Shown in pieces: positions 41,812-51,106 of a stretch of 64,000 nt of DNA; the stretch's first letter is position 1; the number at the start of each line of letters is the position of its first letter. This DNA comes from an uncultured Gammaproteobacteria bacterium (GTDB taxonomy: Bacteria; Pseudomonadota; Gammaproteobacteria; Steroidobacterales; Rariloculaceae): NCBI GenBank assembly GCA_963748045.1, contig CAVVIC010000014.1:282897-346896 (forward strand), read 5' to 3'. Both the position numbers and the translations under genes were made by a program. The notes under the pieces were generated by a model that did not search any database, was not told the DNA's origin, and saw nothing but the letters and a program-made list of their open reading frames with translations.

Positions 41812-42759
41812 ATGGATCAAGGGGTATTGCTGTTAGTCATCGTGGTCGCGGTGCTCGCCATCACGATCCTCCGCAAGACTGCGGTCGTCGTGCCGCAGCA
41901 GAGCGCGTACATCGTCCAGCGGCTCGGCAAGTACCACAGCACGCTGAACGCCGGGTTCCACATCCTGCTGCCGTTCGTCGAGAGCGTTGCGTACCGCGAC
42001 AGTCTGAAGGAATCGGCGGTCGACATTCCGGAGCAGGTCTGCATCACGAAGGACAACGTCCAGGTCGGCATCGACGGCGTGCTGTATCTGCAGGTGCTCG
42101 ACGCGGCGCGCGCGTCGTACGGCATTTCGGACTACCACTTCGCGATCTCGCAGCTCGCGCAGACGACGCTGCGCAGCGAGATCGGCAAGATCGATCTCGA
42201 TCGCACGTTCGAGGAGCGTTCGACGATCAATTCGAACGTCGTGAACGAGCTCGATAAAGCCACCGAGCCGTGGGGCGTGAAGGTGCTGCGCTACGAGATC
42301 AAGAACATCAATCCGCCGCGCGACATCATCCAGGCCATGGAAAAGCAGATGCGCGCCGAGCGGGAGAAGCGCGCCGTGATTCTCGACTTCCGAAGGCGAG
42401 CGCGACGCCAAGATCAACCAGGCCGAAGGCGAGAAGCAGCGCGTCATCAAGGAGTCCGAGGCCGAGAAGCAGCAGCAGATCAACGAGGCGGCCGGTCAGG
42501 CCGAGGCGATTCTCGCCGTTGCCACCGCGACGGCCGAAGGTTTGCGGCGCGTGGCCGAAGTCCGTCAGCACGCAGGGCGGCCGCGAAGCCATGCAGCTAC
42601 GCGTGGCCGAGGAATACGTCCGCCAGTTCGGCAACCTCGCGCGCACCGCGTAACACGCTCGTAGTGCCGGCCAATTTGAGCGACATCGCGGGCATGATCG
42701 CGCTCGCGACGAAGGTGTTCGATCAAGCCCGGCCCGCGGCCGGCGCGCCCGCGCGTTGA
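41812..42759 (+). pseudogene. SPFH/band-7 (stomatin/HflC-like) protein; 3 frame breaks (about 42385, 42560 and 42650)
   Basis: ..VVPQQSAYIVQRLGKYHSTLNAGFHILLPFVE..WGVKVLRYEIKNINPP..MEKQMRAEREKRA.., then ..TSEGERDAKINQAEGEKQRVIKESEAEKQ.. and ..REAMQLRVAEEYVRQFGNLA.. in the other frames. The reading then returns to the first frame. Confidence 0.85.
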
Positions 42760-42770
42760 CGACAGCGGCG

Positions 42771-43311
42771 ATGTCGGCGGTATCCAAGAAGCTCAATCTC
42801 AAGGATCAAACCGAGATCGTCGTACTGGGCGCGCCGGCTACGTTCGAGCCGGAGATCGCGGCGCTGCGTGGCGTGACGGTGCGCCGCTCGCTCGGCGGTG
42901 TTCGCACGGTGACCTTCGCGCTCGCATTCGTCACACGTCAGGCGGAGGTCGACGAGCTGGCCGAAGTCGCTGACGAGCCGCGCCGTGGGTGACGCGGTCG
43001 TGTGGTTTGCGTATCCGAAGCAGTCGTCGAAGAACTATCGGTCGGAGATCGATCGCGATCACGGCTGGAAGGTGCTCGGTCGCGCGGGTTTCGAGCCCGT
43101 GCGCATGGTCGCGATCGACGCCGATTGGTCGGCCGTGCGGTTTCGGCGCGTCGAGAACATCAAGACGATGACGCGCCCTGCGAGCGTCGCGCTGTCGGCC
43201 GGCGGCAAAGCGAAGAGCGGTGCGAGCACTGGTGCGAAGCCGCGCGAACGGCAGGCCGTGGCACCGAAGAAACGCACGGCCGCGAAGCGGCCCCGCGCGT
43301 CGCGGCGCTGA
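42771..43311 (+). pseudogene. Conserved hypothetical protein (DUF3052-like, tentative) with a Lys/Ala/Arg-rich tail; one frame break near 42985
   Basis: MSAVSKKLNLKDQTEIVVLGAPATFEPE.. (ORF 42756..) joins ..GDAVVWFAYPKQSSKNYRSEIDRDHGWKVLGRAGFEPVRMVAIDADWSAVRFRRVE.. (ORF 42985..43311). Confidence 0.5.
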
Positions 43312-43324
43312 CGCGGCACCGCCG

Positions 43325-43642
43325 ATGCGAATCGCGGTCTTTGCCGCCAGCTATTTCGTTGCCGTGTTCGCCGTGGGGTTCGGGCTCGGCGTGTTGCGCG
43401 TGACGCTCGTCGTGCCTGCGCTCGGCGAGCGCCTGGCCGAGCTGGCAGAAATGCCGTTCATGATCGCAGCCAGCGTGTTCTTCGCGTGGCGGTTCGTGCG
43501 GCACTGGCGGCTTGGCGTCGGCGCCGCGTTGGCCGGCCGGCCGACCCCGTAAGCGGCACGGCTTACGTCGGCGGCGCTCGTCGTGTTCATGCTCGCGCCG
43601 GCCGCCGTCGCTTGGCGGCTGCGCGCGCGCGGCCGGGTGTGA
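43325..43642 (+). pseudogene. Small multi-TM membrane protein interrupted by an in-frame TAA at 43550-43552
   Basis: MRIAVFAASYFVAVFAVGFGLGVL..MPFMIAASVFFAWRFV.. runs to the TAA. The same frame then continues with a TM-like AARLTSAALVVFMLAPAAVAW, ending with a TGA at 43640-43642. Confidence 0.5.
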
Positions 43643-44367
43643 CGGCCTTGTCTTCGAGATACGCGCGTCGCTTCGCGGCCGGCAGCTTCTCGATCGCGTA
43701 GCGCAGCATCGTGCGCGGCATGCGGCGGTAGTGCCGGTCCGAGGAACCGCGCGGCCGCTCGGCGTCGCGCTTGCCAGCCTCGCGCAGCATCCAGCCGACG
43801 GCCTTGTGGATCAGATCGTGCTCGTCCGTAAGCAGCAGCTCGGCGATCGCGAGCGTGTCGGCGAAGTCGTTGCGCCGAATGAACCAGAACGTGGCCAGGA
43901 TTGCGACGCGGCGCTCCCAGAGATTGCTCGACCGCGCGAGCGCGTACAACGGCTCGCGACTCCGGTGCTCGAGAAAGTGGCCCACGATGTCCGGCGCCGA
44001 CGTGTCGACGAGATCCCAGTTGTTCACGTAGCGGCGGATCGCACGCACGTAGCCGTGGTAGATCCGCTCGCGGCCGCGCTCGTCGGCGCGCCTGAACGCA
44101 GCGACCAGCAGCAACAGTGCGAGCAGGCGCTCCTCGTGCAGTGAGGAACGCAGCAGCGCGAACATCGTCGCAACGCTCGTGGCGTGACGCTCGCGCGCTA
44201 CCCGGCGCAACACCGGCACACGAATGCCGAGGAACCGGTCGCCCTCGCCGTACTCTCCGGGGCCGGTCTTGAAGAACCGAACCGCATGCGCAGCGATGGC
44301 GGACATTCGCGAGTGCGCGCAACTGCGCGCGAATCGCCGCGAGCTCGCTCGCCGCCGTACTCGTCAT
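43587..44367 (-). pseudogene. AlkD-like DNA alkylation repair protein (HEAT-like repeats); one frame break near 44300
   Basis: The start MTSTAASELAAIRAQLRALAN is in ORF 43351..44367. It joins ORF 43587..44306 (..RFFKTGPGEYGEGDRFLGIRVPVLR..NNWDLVDTSAP..HKAVGWMLREAGK..). Confidence 0.75.
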
Positions 44368-44416
44368 TGCCGTCCAGCCCCGGAACCGTGCTGCCCCGAT
44401 GGTATGCTGCGCGTCG

Positions 44417-45082
44417 ATGAAAATCCTGCGCCGATTGCGTCGCTGGCTCGGGCCGGACCCGAACCGATTCCTGCGCTCCGCGCACGGCGTGATTCACGTG
44501 GGCGCCAACGTGGGCCAAGAGCGAGAGCTGTACGCGCGCCGCGGCCTCGACGTCTTGTGGGTCGAGCCGATTCCGGAAGTGTTCGCGACGTTGCGCGCGA
44601 ACATCGCGGCGTTCCCGAGGCAGCGAGCGCTGCAAGCGCTCGTCACGGACCGCGATGACCACGAGTACGTGTTTCACGTCGCGAACAACGCCGGCGAATC
44701 GTCGTCCATTCTCGAGCTCAAGCAGCACAAGGACGTGTGGCCGAAGGTCGAGTTCACGGCCTCGATCAAGCTCCGCAGCGTGACGCTGCCGACGCTGCTG
44801 GCGCGCGAGGGTGTGGACATAACGCGTTACGACACGCTCGTCATGGACACGCAGGGCTCGGAGCTGCTGGTACTAAAAGGGGCAGAGAGCCTGCTGCCGC
44901 GGTTCGCCTACATCAAGACTGAGGTGCCGGATTTCGAGGCGTACGAAGACTGCGCGCAGCTCGTCGATCTCGCGGCATTCCTGGCCGCGCGGGGCTTTGC
45001 AGAGCTCGTGCGGAACCGGTTCGCGAGTCGCGTGGCCGGCGGGCACTACTACGACGTGGTCTATCGGCGCGCGGAAGCGTGA
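44417..45082 (+). CDS. FkbM-family methyltransferase
   Basis: ..VIHVGANVGQERELYARRG..VWVEPIPEVF..FHVANNAGESSSIL..LVMDTQGSELLVLKG.. The ORF is intact. Confidence 0.8.
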   Translation: MKILRRLRRWLGPDPNRFLRSAHGVIHVGANVGQERELYARRGLDVLWVEPIPEVFATLRANIAAFPRQRALQALVTDRDDHEYVFHVANNAGESSSILELKQHKDVWPKVEFTASIKLRSVTLPTLLAREGVDITRYDTLVMDTQGSELLVLKGAESLLPRFAYIKTEVPDFEAYEDCAQLVDLAAFLAARGFAELVRNRFASRVAGGHYYDVVYRRAEA

Positions 45083-45204
45083 TCGCGGCAAGTACTATCC
45101 GGGAGCGTGCAGTCAGACGGGGCGTGTGACGCGCGTCTTGGGCAGAACCGCCCGATGCGCCTATGATTTTCACAGAATCCGCGCAGGGAAACGGGCTCGC
45201 GATC

Positions 45205-45927
45205 ATGAGCATGAAGTCGACTCTGGTGATCAACGCTAAGGGCGGTGTGGGTAAGACCACGATCACCACGAACCTCGCGAGCTACTTCGCTTCTCGCGGC
45301 GTCCCAACGACCATCGCGGATTACGACCCCCAAAGCTCGAGCCTGAACTGGCTCGCGCAGCGGTCGGCCGAAGTGCCGACGATTCAGGGCGCGGATCTCG
45401 CGCCGCGCGCCGGGCTTGCTCTGCAGAAAGGTCGACGGCAGATCCCGCTCTCCACTCGCCAGCTGATCATCGATGCGCCGGCCGGACCGTCGCGTCTGTT
45501 GCTACAGGATTTGATGCAGCGCACGCAATCGGTCTTGATCCCCGTTGCGCCTTCCGCGATCGACATCCACGCCACGGCGAACTTCATCAAAGAGCTGTTG
45601 CTCATCGGTCAGGTTCGCTTCCGTCACATCCGCGTGGCCGTGATCGCGAACCGCGTGCGCAACGCGCGTCCCGTGTACGAGCCGCTCGAGCGTTTCGTGT
45701 CGTCGCTCGGCATCGCGTTCCTCACGCGTGTCAGCGATTCCGACATCTATGTGGACACGGCGGAGAAGGGCCTCGGCATCTTCGATCTGCCGCCCGAGCA
45801 GTGCGCCGCGGAGCTGCGCGAGTTTCAGCCGATCGTGCACTGGCTGACGGGTGACGCGCCGCTCGAGAGCGAAGGCGCTATGCCCGTCACCAGCAACGTC
45901 ATTCAACTCAACGTTGCGCGCGGCTAG
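45205..45927 (+). CDS. Orphan ParA/MinD-like P-loop ATPase
   Basis: It has the deviant Walker A INAKGGVGKTTITTNLA, and also ..LIIDAPAG... No ParB-like gene lies nearby. The ORF is intact. Confidence 0.85.
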   Translation: MSMKSTLVINAKGGVGKTTITTNLASYFASRGVPTTIADYDPQSSSLNWLAQRSAEVPTIQGADLAPRAGLALQKGRRQIPLSTRQLIIDAPAGPSRLLLQDLMQRTQSVLIPVAPSAIDIHATANFIKELLLIGQVRFRHIRVAVIANRVRNARPVYEPLERFVSSLGIAFLTRVSDSDIYVDTAEKGLGIFDLPPEQCAAELREFQPIVHWLTGDAPLESEGAMPVTSNVIQLNVARG

Positions 45928-45989
45928 AGCCGACGCGTCTTCCGCCCGGTCCCGGGCTTCTCCCACGCCTCACGCGTCGCGATCGGTAC

Positions 45990-48138
45990 TCAGCGCACGT
46001 GCTGCGTGCGGAACGGTTTGTGTTTGGCCTTGGCGTCGCGCTTACCTTCGGGCGCAGCCGGGCGGCCCATGCTCTTCGGCTGGAAGCGCGGAACGAGTTG
46101 GTGCTTGCCGTTGCCGATCAGGTCGTCGCGACCCATGCGCTTCAAGGCGGCGCGCAGCATCGGCCAGTTGTTCGCGTCGTGGTAGCGCAGGAACGCCTTG
46201 TGCAGCCGGCGCACCTTGAGGCCGCGCGGAATCACGACGTCTTCCGACGTGCGCGTCACGCGCTTCAACGGATTCTTGCCGGAGTGGTACATCGCCGTGG
46301 CGGTGGCCATCGGGCCCGGTAGGAACGCCTGCACCTGGTCCGCGCGATAGCCGTTCTTCTTCAGCCACAGCGCGAGCTCGAGCATGTCGTCGTCCGTGGT
46401 GCCCGGATGCGCCGCGATGAAATACGGAATCAGGTACTGCTTTTTGCCCGCGGCCTGCGAGAAGCGGTCGAACAGCTGCTTGAATTTGTAGTACGTGCCG
46501 ACACCGGGCTTCATCATCTTCGACAGCGGCCCTTCGCCGATCGCCTCGGGCGCGATCTTGAGATACCCGCCGACGTGATGTTGGGCGAGCTCCTTGACGT
46601 ACTCGGGTGACTCGATCGCGAGGTCGTAGCGGACGCCGGACGCGATCAGCACCTTCTTGATGCCGGGCAGCTCGCGCGCGCGGCGGTACAGCTTGATCAG
46701 CGGCGCATGGTTCGTGTTCAGGTTCGGGCACACGGCGGGGTACACGCACGACGGTCGCCGGCACGCGGCCTCGATCTCGCGGCTCTTGCACGCGATGCGG
46801 TACATGTTCGCCGTCGGTCCGCCGAGATCCGAGATCACGCCCGTGAAGCCGGGCACGTGAGTCGCGGATGCGTTTCGATCTCGCGCAACACCGAGTCTTC
46901 GCTGCGGTTCTGGATGATGCGGCCTTCGTGCTCGGTGATCGAGCAGAACGTGCAGCCGCCGAAACAGCCGCGCTGGATCGTGACGGAGAACCGGATCATT
47001 TCGTACGCCGGGATCTTGGCGTCGGCGTACGCCGGGTGCGGCACGCGCGCGTACGGCAGCTCGTAGATGCGGTCCATCTCCGGCATCGTCAGCGGGATCG
47101 GCGGCGGATTCAGCCACACGTCGCTCTGCGCCGTGCCGCTGCACGAGCGCGCGCGCGTTGCCGGGGTTCGACTCCATGTGCAGGATGCGCGACGCGTGCG
47201 CGTACAGCACCGGCGTCGTCCTGGACCTGCTCGTAGCTCGGCAACCGGATGTAGCTGCGCTCGCGATCGGCGGTCGGCACGCGGCGCGCGAAGCGCACGA
47301 CGTTCACGCCGGGCTCTTTCGCCGCGGCTTCGCGCGCGGCGGCCGCGATCTCGGACTCCATCGCGTACGGATTCGGGGGCGCGTCGATGCGGCCCGGCAA
47401 GATCCAGATGGGTCGAGTCGATCTCCGTCCAGTCGTCGCCCGCCGCGCTGCCGAGCAGCGCGGTGCCGCGCACGTTGCGAATCTGCGCCGGCTTCTCGCC
47501 GGCAGCGAGCCGGTGCGCGATCTCGACGATCTGCCGCTCGCCGTTGCCGAACACGAGCAGGTCCGCGCGCGAGTCGAGCAGGATCGAGCGGCGGACCTTC
47601 TCCTGCCAGTAGTCGTAGTGCGCGATGCGCCGCAGGCTCGCTTCGATGCCGCCGATCACGATCGGCGTTGTCGCGCGAACGCTTCGCGCACGCGCTGCGC
47701 GTAGACGATGACGCTGCGGTCCGGCCGCTGGCCGCCCGCGCCGCCGGGCGTGTACGCGTCGTCGCTGCGCACGCGCTTGTCGGCCGTGTAGCGGTTCACC
47801 ATCGAGTCCATGTTGCCGGCGGTGATGCCGAAGAACAGGCTCGGCGCGCCGAGCCGCTCGAAGTCGGCCGTCGACCGCCAGTCGGGCTGCGAGATGATGC
47901 CGACGCGAAAACCCTGCGCCTCGAGCACGCGGCCGACGATGGCCATCCCGAAGCTCGGATGATCGACGTACGCGTCGCCGGTCACGAGGATCACGTCGCA
48001 TTGATCCCAGCCGAGCGCGTCCATCTCGTCGCGCGACATCGGCAGGAACGGCGCCGGCGTCAGGCGGTGCGCCCAGATACTTCCGGTAGCCGAACAGGTC
48101 GGGCGCACGCAGAGGGGTTTTTCGGCCGTGGACTGCAT
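45990..48138 (-). pseudogene. YgiQ-family (UPF0313) radical SAM protein; at least 6 frame breaks
   Basis: ..[43 protein letters not shown].. (ORF 47656..48417), the radical-SAM cluster motif ..[16 protein letters not shown].. (ORF 46835..48250), and the C-terminal part in ORF 45990..47210. Confidence 0.85.
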
Positions 48139-48253
48139 CGGGCGGGCGTGGTGTCGCGGAGCCAGGGTGCCGGTCGGGCGAGCAGGGTAACACCGTGAGA
48201 CGACGCGGCGTAAGTAAAGAATACTTGACACGAAGACGCGAATTCGGCACGTT

Positions 48254-48273
48254 GTGTATAGAAAACTATACAC
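48254..48273. promoter_or_regulatory. Perfect 20-bp palindrome, a candidate operator for the downstream XRE regulator
   Basis: GTGTATAG-AAAA-CTATACAC ends 13 nt before the ATG at 48286. It overlaps a TATACA -10-like hexamer. A TTGACA lies at 48225-48230. Confidence 0.5.
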
Positions 48274-48285
48274 GGAGTCGCCGCC

Positions 48286-48712
48286 ATGTCGTTCCGCGAG
48301 AAGAGTGCCTGGATCTCCTTCAGCTGCCTGCTGCTGCTGACCGTGGCGTATTTCGCCGGCATGCATCACCACCCGCACGATGCCGAGGGCCACGATCTGC
48401 ATCGACCCCCTGCACATGGCGCTCGCGATCTTCGGCGTGTTTGTGGTGCTGCAGGTCGTGTTGCACCTGATCGTCGTGGCGCAGGCGCCGAAGGACGCAC
48501 GTACGCCTAAGGACGAGCGCGAGCGGTTGATCGAGCTGCGCGCCGCGCGTGTCGGGTTCTACGCGCTCGTGGTCGGCGAGTTCCTCGCGATGGCGCTATT
48601 CCACGTGCATGGCCGGGCGGGCACGCTTATGAGCACGATACTGTTCGCGATACTGATCGCGTGGCTCGTGAAGCTTGGTACCGAGATCGTGTTGTACCGG
48701 CGGGGCGGCTGA
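48286..48712 (+). pseudogene. Small integral membrane protein, partner of the XRE regulator; one frame break near 48390
   Basis: ORF 48286.. ([25 protein letters not shown]..) joins ORF 48380..48712 (..[55 protein letters not shown]..). Confidence 0.6.
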
Positions 48713-48713
48713 G

Positions 48714-48932
48714 ATGGCCGACCTGCCGATCGACAATCAGATTCGCCGCATGCGGTTCGAGCACGGCGAGATGACGCAGCAGCAACTCGCGGAACGCATC
48801 GGCGTGACTCGCCAGACGGTCAACGCGATCGAGCTCGGCAAATACTCGCCGTCGCTCGAAGTCGCATTTCGGATTGCGGCGGTGTTCAACGTGCCGCTCG
48901 AGCAGGTGTTCCAGTACCGCCAGAGCGGATAG
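48714..48932 (+). CDS. XRE-family helix-turn-helix transcriptional regulator (short, YozG-like)
   Basis: ..IRRMRFEHGEMTQQQLAERIGVTRQTVNAIELGKYSPSLEVAFRIAAVFNVPLEQVF... The ATG lies 1 nt after the upstream stop. Confidence 0.85.
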   Translation: MADLPIDNQIRRMRFEHGEMTQQQLAERIGVTRQTVNAIELGKYSPSLEVAFRIAAVFNVPLEQVFQYRQSG

Positions 48933-48995
48933 CTGGCGCGCGCGCGGGAAGGCTCGTACTGTTGCGTCTCGCGGATTGGCTACACACGAGACGCA

Positions 48996-49563
48996 ATGAC
49001 GGTCTTCATATCGATGCTGCGCGCCGTCAACGTCGGCGGCACCAGCCGAATCAAGATGGAGCCGCTGCGCGCGGCGTACGAAGCGCTGGGCTTCAAGGAC
49101 GTGCGCTCGCTGCTGCAGAGCGGCAACGTGCTGTTCCGCAGCAGCGTCAAGGACTCGCGCCAGCTCGCGCGTCGAATCAAGCAGGAGCTCGAGCGGAAGT
49201 TCGGCCTGCAGATCGAGGTCGTGATCCGCACGCTGCCGGAGCTCGAGAGCATCTTCGAGCGCAGCCCGGTGCTCTCGCCGCGCGCCGATCTCGCCAAGCT
49301 GCTCGTGATGTTCCTCGACGGGCGTGCCCGACGCGCAGGGGCAGGCGCGGCTCGTGAAGGCGCACAAAGGCCCCGAGATGCTCGAGATTCGCGGCCCCGA
49401 GGTCTATCTCTACTATCCCGACGGCGTCGGCCGCTCGAAATTGACGACGGCCGTTCTCGAGCGCCACCTCGGGGCGATGGGCACGGCCCGCAACTGGAAC
49501 ACGCTGACGAAACTCGTCGAGGCTGCGCGCGAGATCGAACGAGGCGACGGCGCAGCGGAGTAA
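48996..49563 (+). pseudogene. DUF1697-family protein; one frame break near 49320
   Basis: MTVFISMLRAVNVGGTSRIKMEPLRAAYEALGFKDVRSLLQSGNVLF.. joins ORF 49324..49563 (..LEIRGPEVYLYYPDGVGRSKLT..GTARNWNTLTKL..). Confidence 0.75.
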
Positions 49564-49598
49564 GATGGCGGCACGATCAACTGCAAGAGGCTCGAGCT

Positions 49599-49919
49599 AT
49601 GGCCGATGAGCCACGTGACGATTCGTCCGCGAAGCCGAGCGAGTTGGAACAGAACCTGAGGGCACGCTCCACCTGGCTGCGCCTGGTGTTCATGATCGTG
49701 ATCGCGATCTGCGCCGAGGTCGCGCGGCTGGTCGGTGGCGTGATCGTGCTGCTGCAGTTCCTGCACGTGCTGTTCACGGGTAAGCCGAACGAGCGCCTCC
49801 TGGACACCGGCCTGTCGCTCGCGCAGTACGTCTATCAGGTCGTGGAGTACCTGACGTTCAACACCGAAGTGCGGCCGTTCCCGTTCGACGCGGAATGGCC
49901 CGCGCCGCGGCGCCAGTAG
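49599..49919 (+). CDS. DUF4389-domain membrane protein
   Basis: This is the tail of ORF 48996..49919, from the ATG at 49599: ..WLRLVFMIVIAICAEVARLVGGVIVLLQFLHVLFTGKPNERLLDTG..YLTFNTEVRPFPFDAEWP... Confidence 0.7.
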   Translation: MADEPRDDSSAKPSELEQNLRARSTWLRLVFMIVIAICAEVARLVGGVIVLLQFLHVLFTGKPNERLLDTGLSLAQYVYQVVEYLTFNTEVRPFPFDAEWPAPRRQ

Positions 49920-49932
49920 CGGCACCTCGCGT

Positions 49933-50871
49933 TCAGAGCCGGTCGAGCAAGCGGCCGGTCAGCGTTTCCCGACTGCGATCGAACGCCGCCAGAGCGGCGT
50001 GCGTGTAAGGCGTGAGTTGCCGCACGCCGTAGCGCACGAACCCGACCGCCCGCAACTCGCGCAGCGACTTGCGGTAGTGATCGAGCAACGCGTCCGACAA
50101 CGCGGTGCCGCCGTGCTTCAGCACGATGCCGGCCGCGCGCGACAGCACGCGCGCTCGCTCGGGTAGCTCGCTGACGGCGGACACCGCCAGCAACGACGAC
50201 ACCTCGAACACCGAGCGGCCTTCGTTGTCGGCCGTCGAGCGCAGCTCCTTCCACAAACCCGTGACCGCCGCGGGAGCCGGCAATTGCGGCGCCGGCAGCT
50301 GACGCGTCTCCGCGACGAACCGCGACCATTCGCGCCGCAAACCCGCAACGTCGAGCGGCGGCGTGTTGACCGTGCTCGCGAGTTGCGCCGCGCCACGTTC
50401 GAGCCCCTCGAGCAGCTGCTCCATCGTCGCGAACGAGTTGCCGGGGCCGAGCAGGCCTTCGCGTTGCAGCTCGGCTGCGATGTCGGGAATGAGGCGGCGG
50501 CCGAATCCGCACACGTCGGCCAGTGCGGCAAGCACCCACACGGGCGACGCGCGGAACGCGAGGATGCCCATGATCTCGATGCCGTTGCCCGCGGCGCGGC
50601 GCAGCAGGAAGTTCTCGCCGAGCTGCTCGTCGGTCGGCGCGCCGCCGCGAACCTGGCCGACATCGGTGATCAGGAACTTGAGCGGCACATCGACGAGATT
50701 GCGGTACAGCTTGCCGCGACGTAGCCCGAGCGGTAGTGCCACCGTGGCCACTTCGTGCACGACGCCCGCGGTCAGTGCCGAAGCCGAGCGCACGAGGCGT
50801 TCGGGCAGCGATGCCACGTAGCGAACGCCGGCACGCTTACCGAAGCGGCGCAGCCGATCTTTGACTGGCAT
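49933..50871 (-). CDS. Conserved-looking hypothetical protein; no family recognised
   Basis: Intact 312-aa ORF with normal composition (..GNGIEIMGILAFRASPVWVLAALADVCGFGRRLIPDIAAELQREGLL..). Confidence 0.55.
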   Translation of the reverse strand: MPVKDRLRRFGKRAGVRYVASLPERLVRSASALTAGVVHEVATVALPLGLRRGKLYRNLVDVPLKFLITDVGQVRGGAPTDEQLGENFLLRRAAGNGIEIMGILAFRASPVWVLAALADVCGFGRRLIPDIAAELQREGLLGPGNSFATMEQLLEGLERGAAQLASTVNTPPLDVAGLRREWSRFVAETRQLPAPQLPAPAAVTGLWKELRSTADNEGRSVFEVSSLLAVSAVSELPERARVLSRAAGIVLKHGGTALSDALLDHYRKSLRELRAVGFVRYGVRQLTPYTHAALAAFDRSRETLTGRLLDRL

Positions 50872-50976
50872 GTATGCAACGTATCACAGCGCGAATTGGC
50901 TGCGCCGCGCACTTGCGTTTTTCGCCGCTCTTAGAGACATTTACCACTGGTCCAACAGCCCGAAGGAGGTGATCCC

Positions 50977-51042
50977 ATGTCTAGTGAGATTCTTGGGGTT
51001 TCAGTAGGTTGCGAGTGCCGGCCGCCGACGCGAGGTACTTAG
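50977..51042 (+). other. 21-codon mini-ORF behind an unusually long Shine-Dalgarno match; coding status doubtful
   Basis: AAGGAGGTGATCC (50963-50975) is a 13-nt complement of the 16S rRNA 3' end. The ATG at 50977 encodes MSSEILGVSVGCECRPPTRGT. About nine of its codons end in A/T (tct agt att ctt gtt tca gta ggt act), which is atypical for this genome. Confidence 0.25.
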
Positions 51043-51077
51043 CGACTGACCTTCAGGGTTGGAGACCCAGTCTCACG

Positions 51078-51106
51078 GAGGGCCGCCGCGTGCGGCCCTC
51101 TTTATT
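51078..51106 (+). terminator. Rho-independent terminator inside the long non-coding tract
   Basis: Perfect 9-bp stem GAGGGCCGC/GCGGCCCTC with loop CGCGT, followed by TTTATT. It is preceded by a second small hairpin, GAGAC-CCA-GTCTC. Confidence 0.65.

Noticed and set aside
47161-47178. tRNA T-arm-like strings: GGGGTTCGACTCC here, and GGGGTTCAAGTCC at 40561-40582.
   Set aside because: The flanking bases cannot form the T stem or an acceptor stem. Both lie inside coding sequence (ygiQ and the multicopper oxidase).
50963-50975. The 13-mer complementary to the 16S rRNA 3' end, considered as a fragment of an rRNA operon on the minus strand.
   Set aside because: The flanking sequence shows no similarity to the 16S 3' region beyond the 13 nt.
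50985-51025. Resemblance of GAGATTCTTGGGGTTTCAGTAGGTTGCGAG to the 5' end of tmRNA (GGGGCUGAUUCUGGAUUCGACGGGAUUUGCGAA).
   Set aside because: There is no GGGG 5' acceptor strand. No tag-peptide reading frame ends in ..AA-stop. No T-arm/CCA 3' end lies within the next ~400 nt. The similarity is short and patchy.
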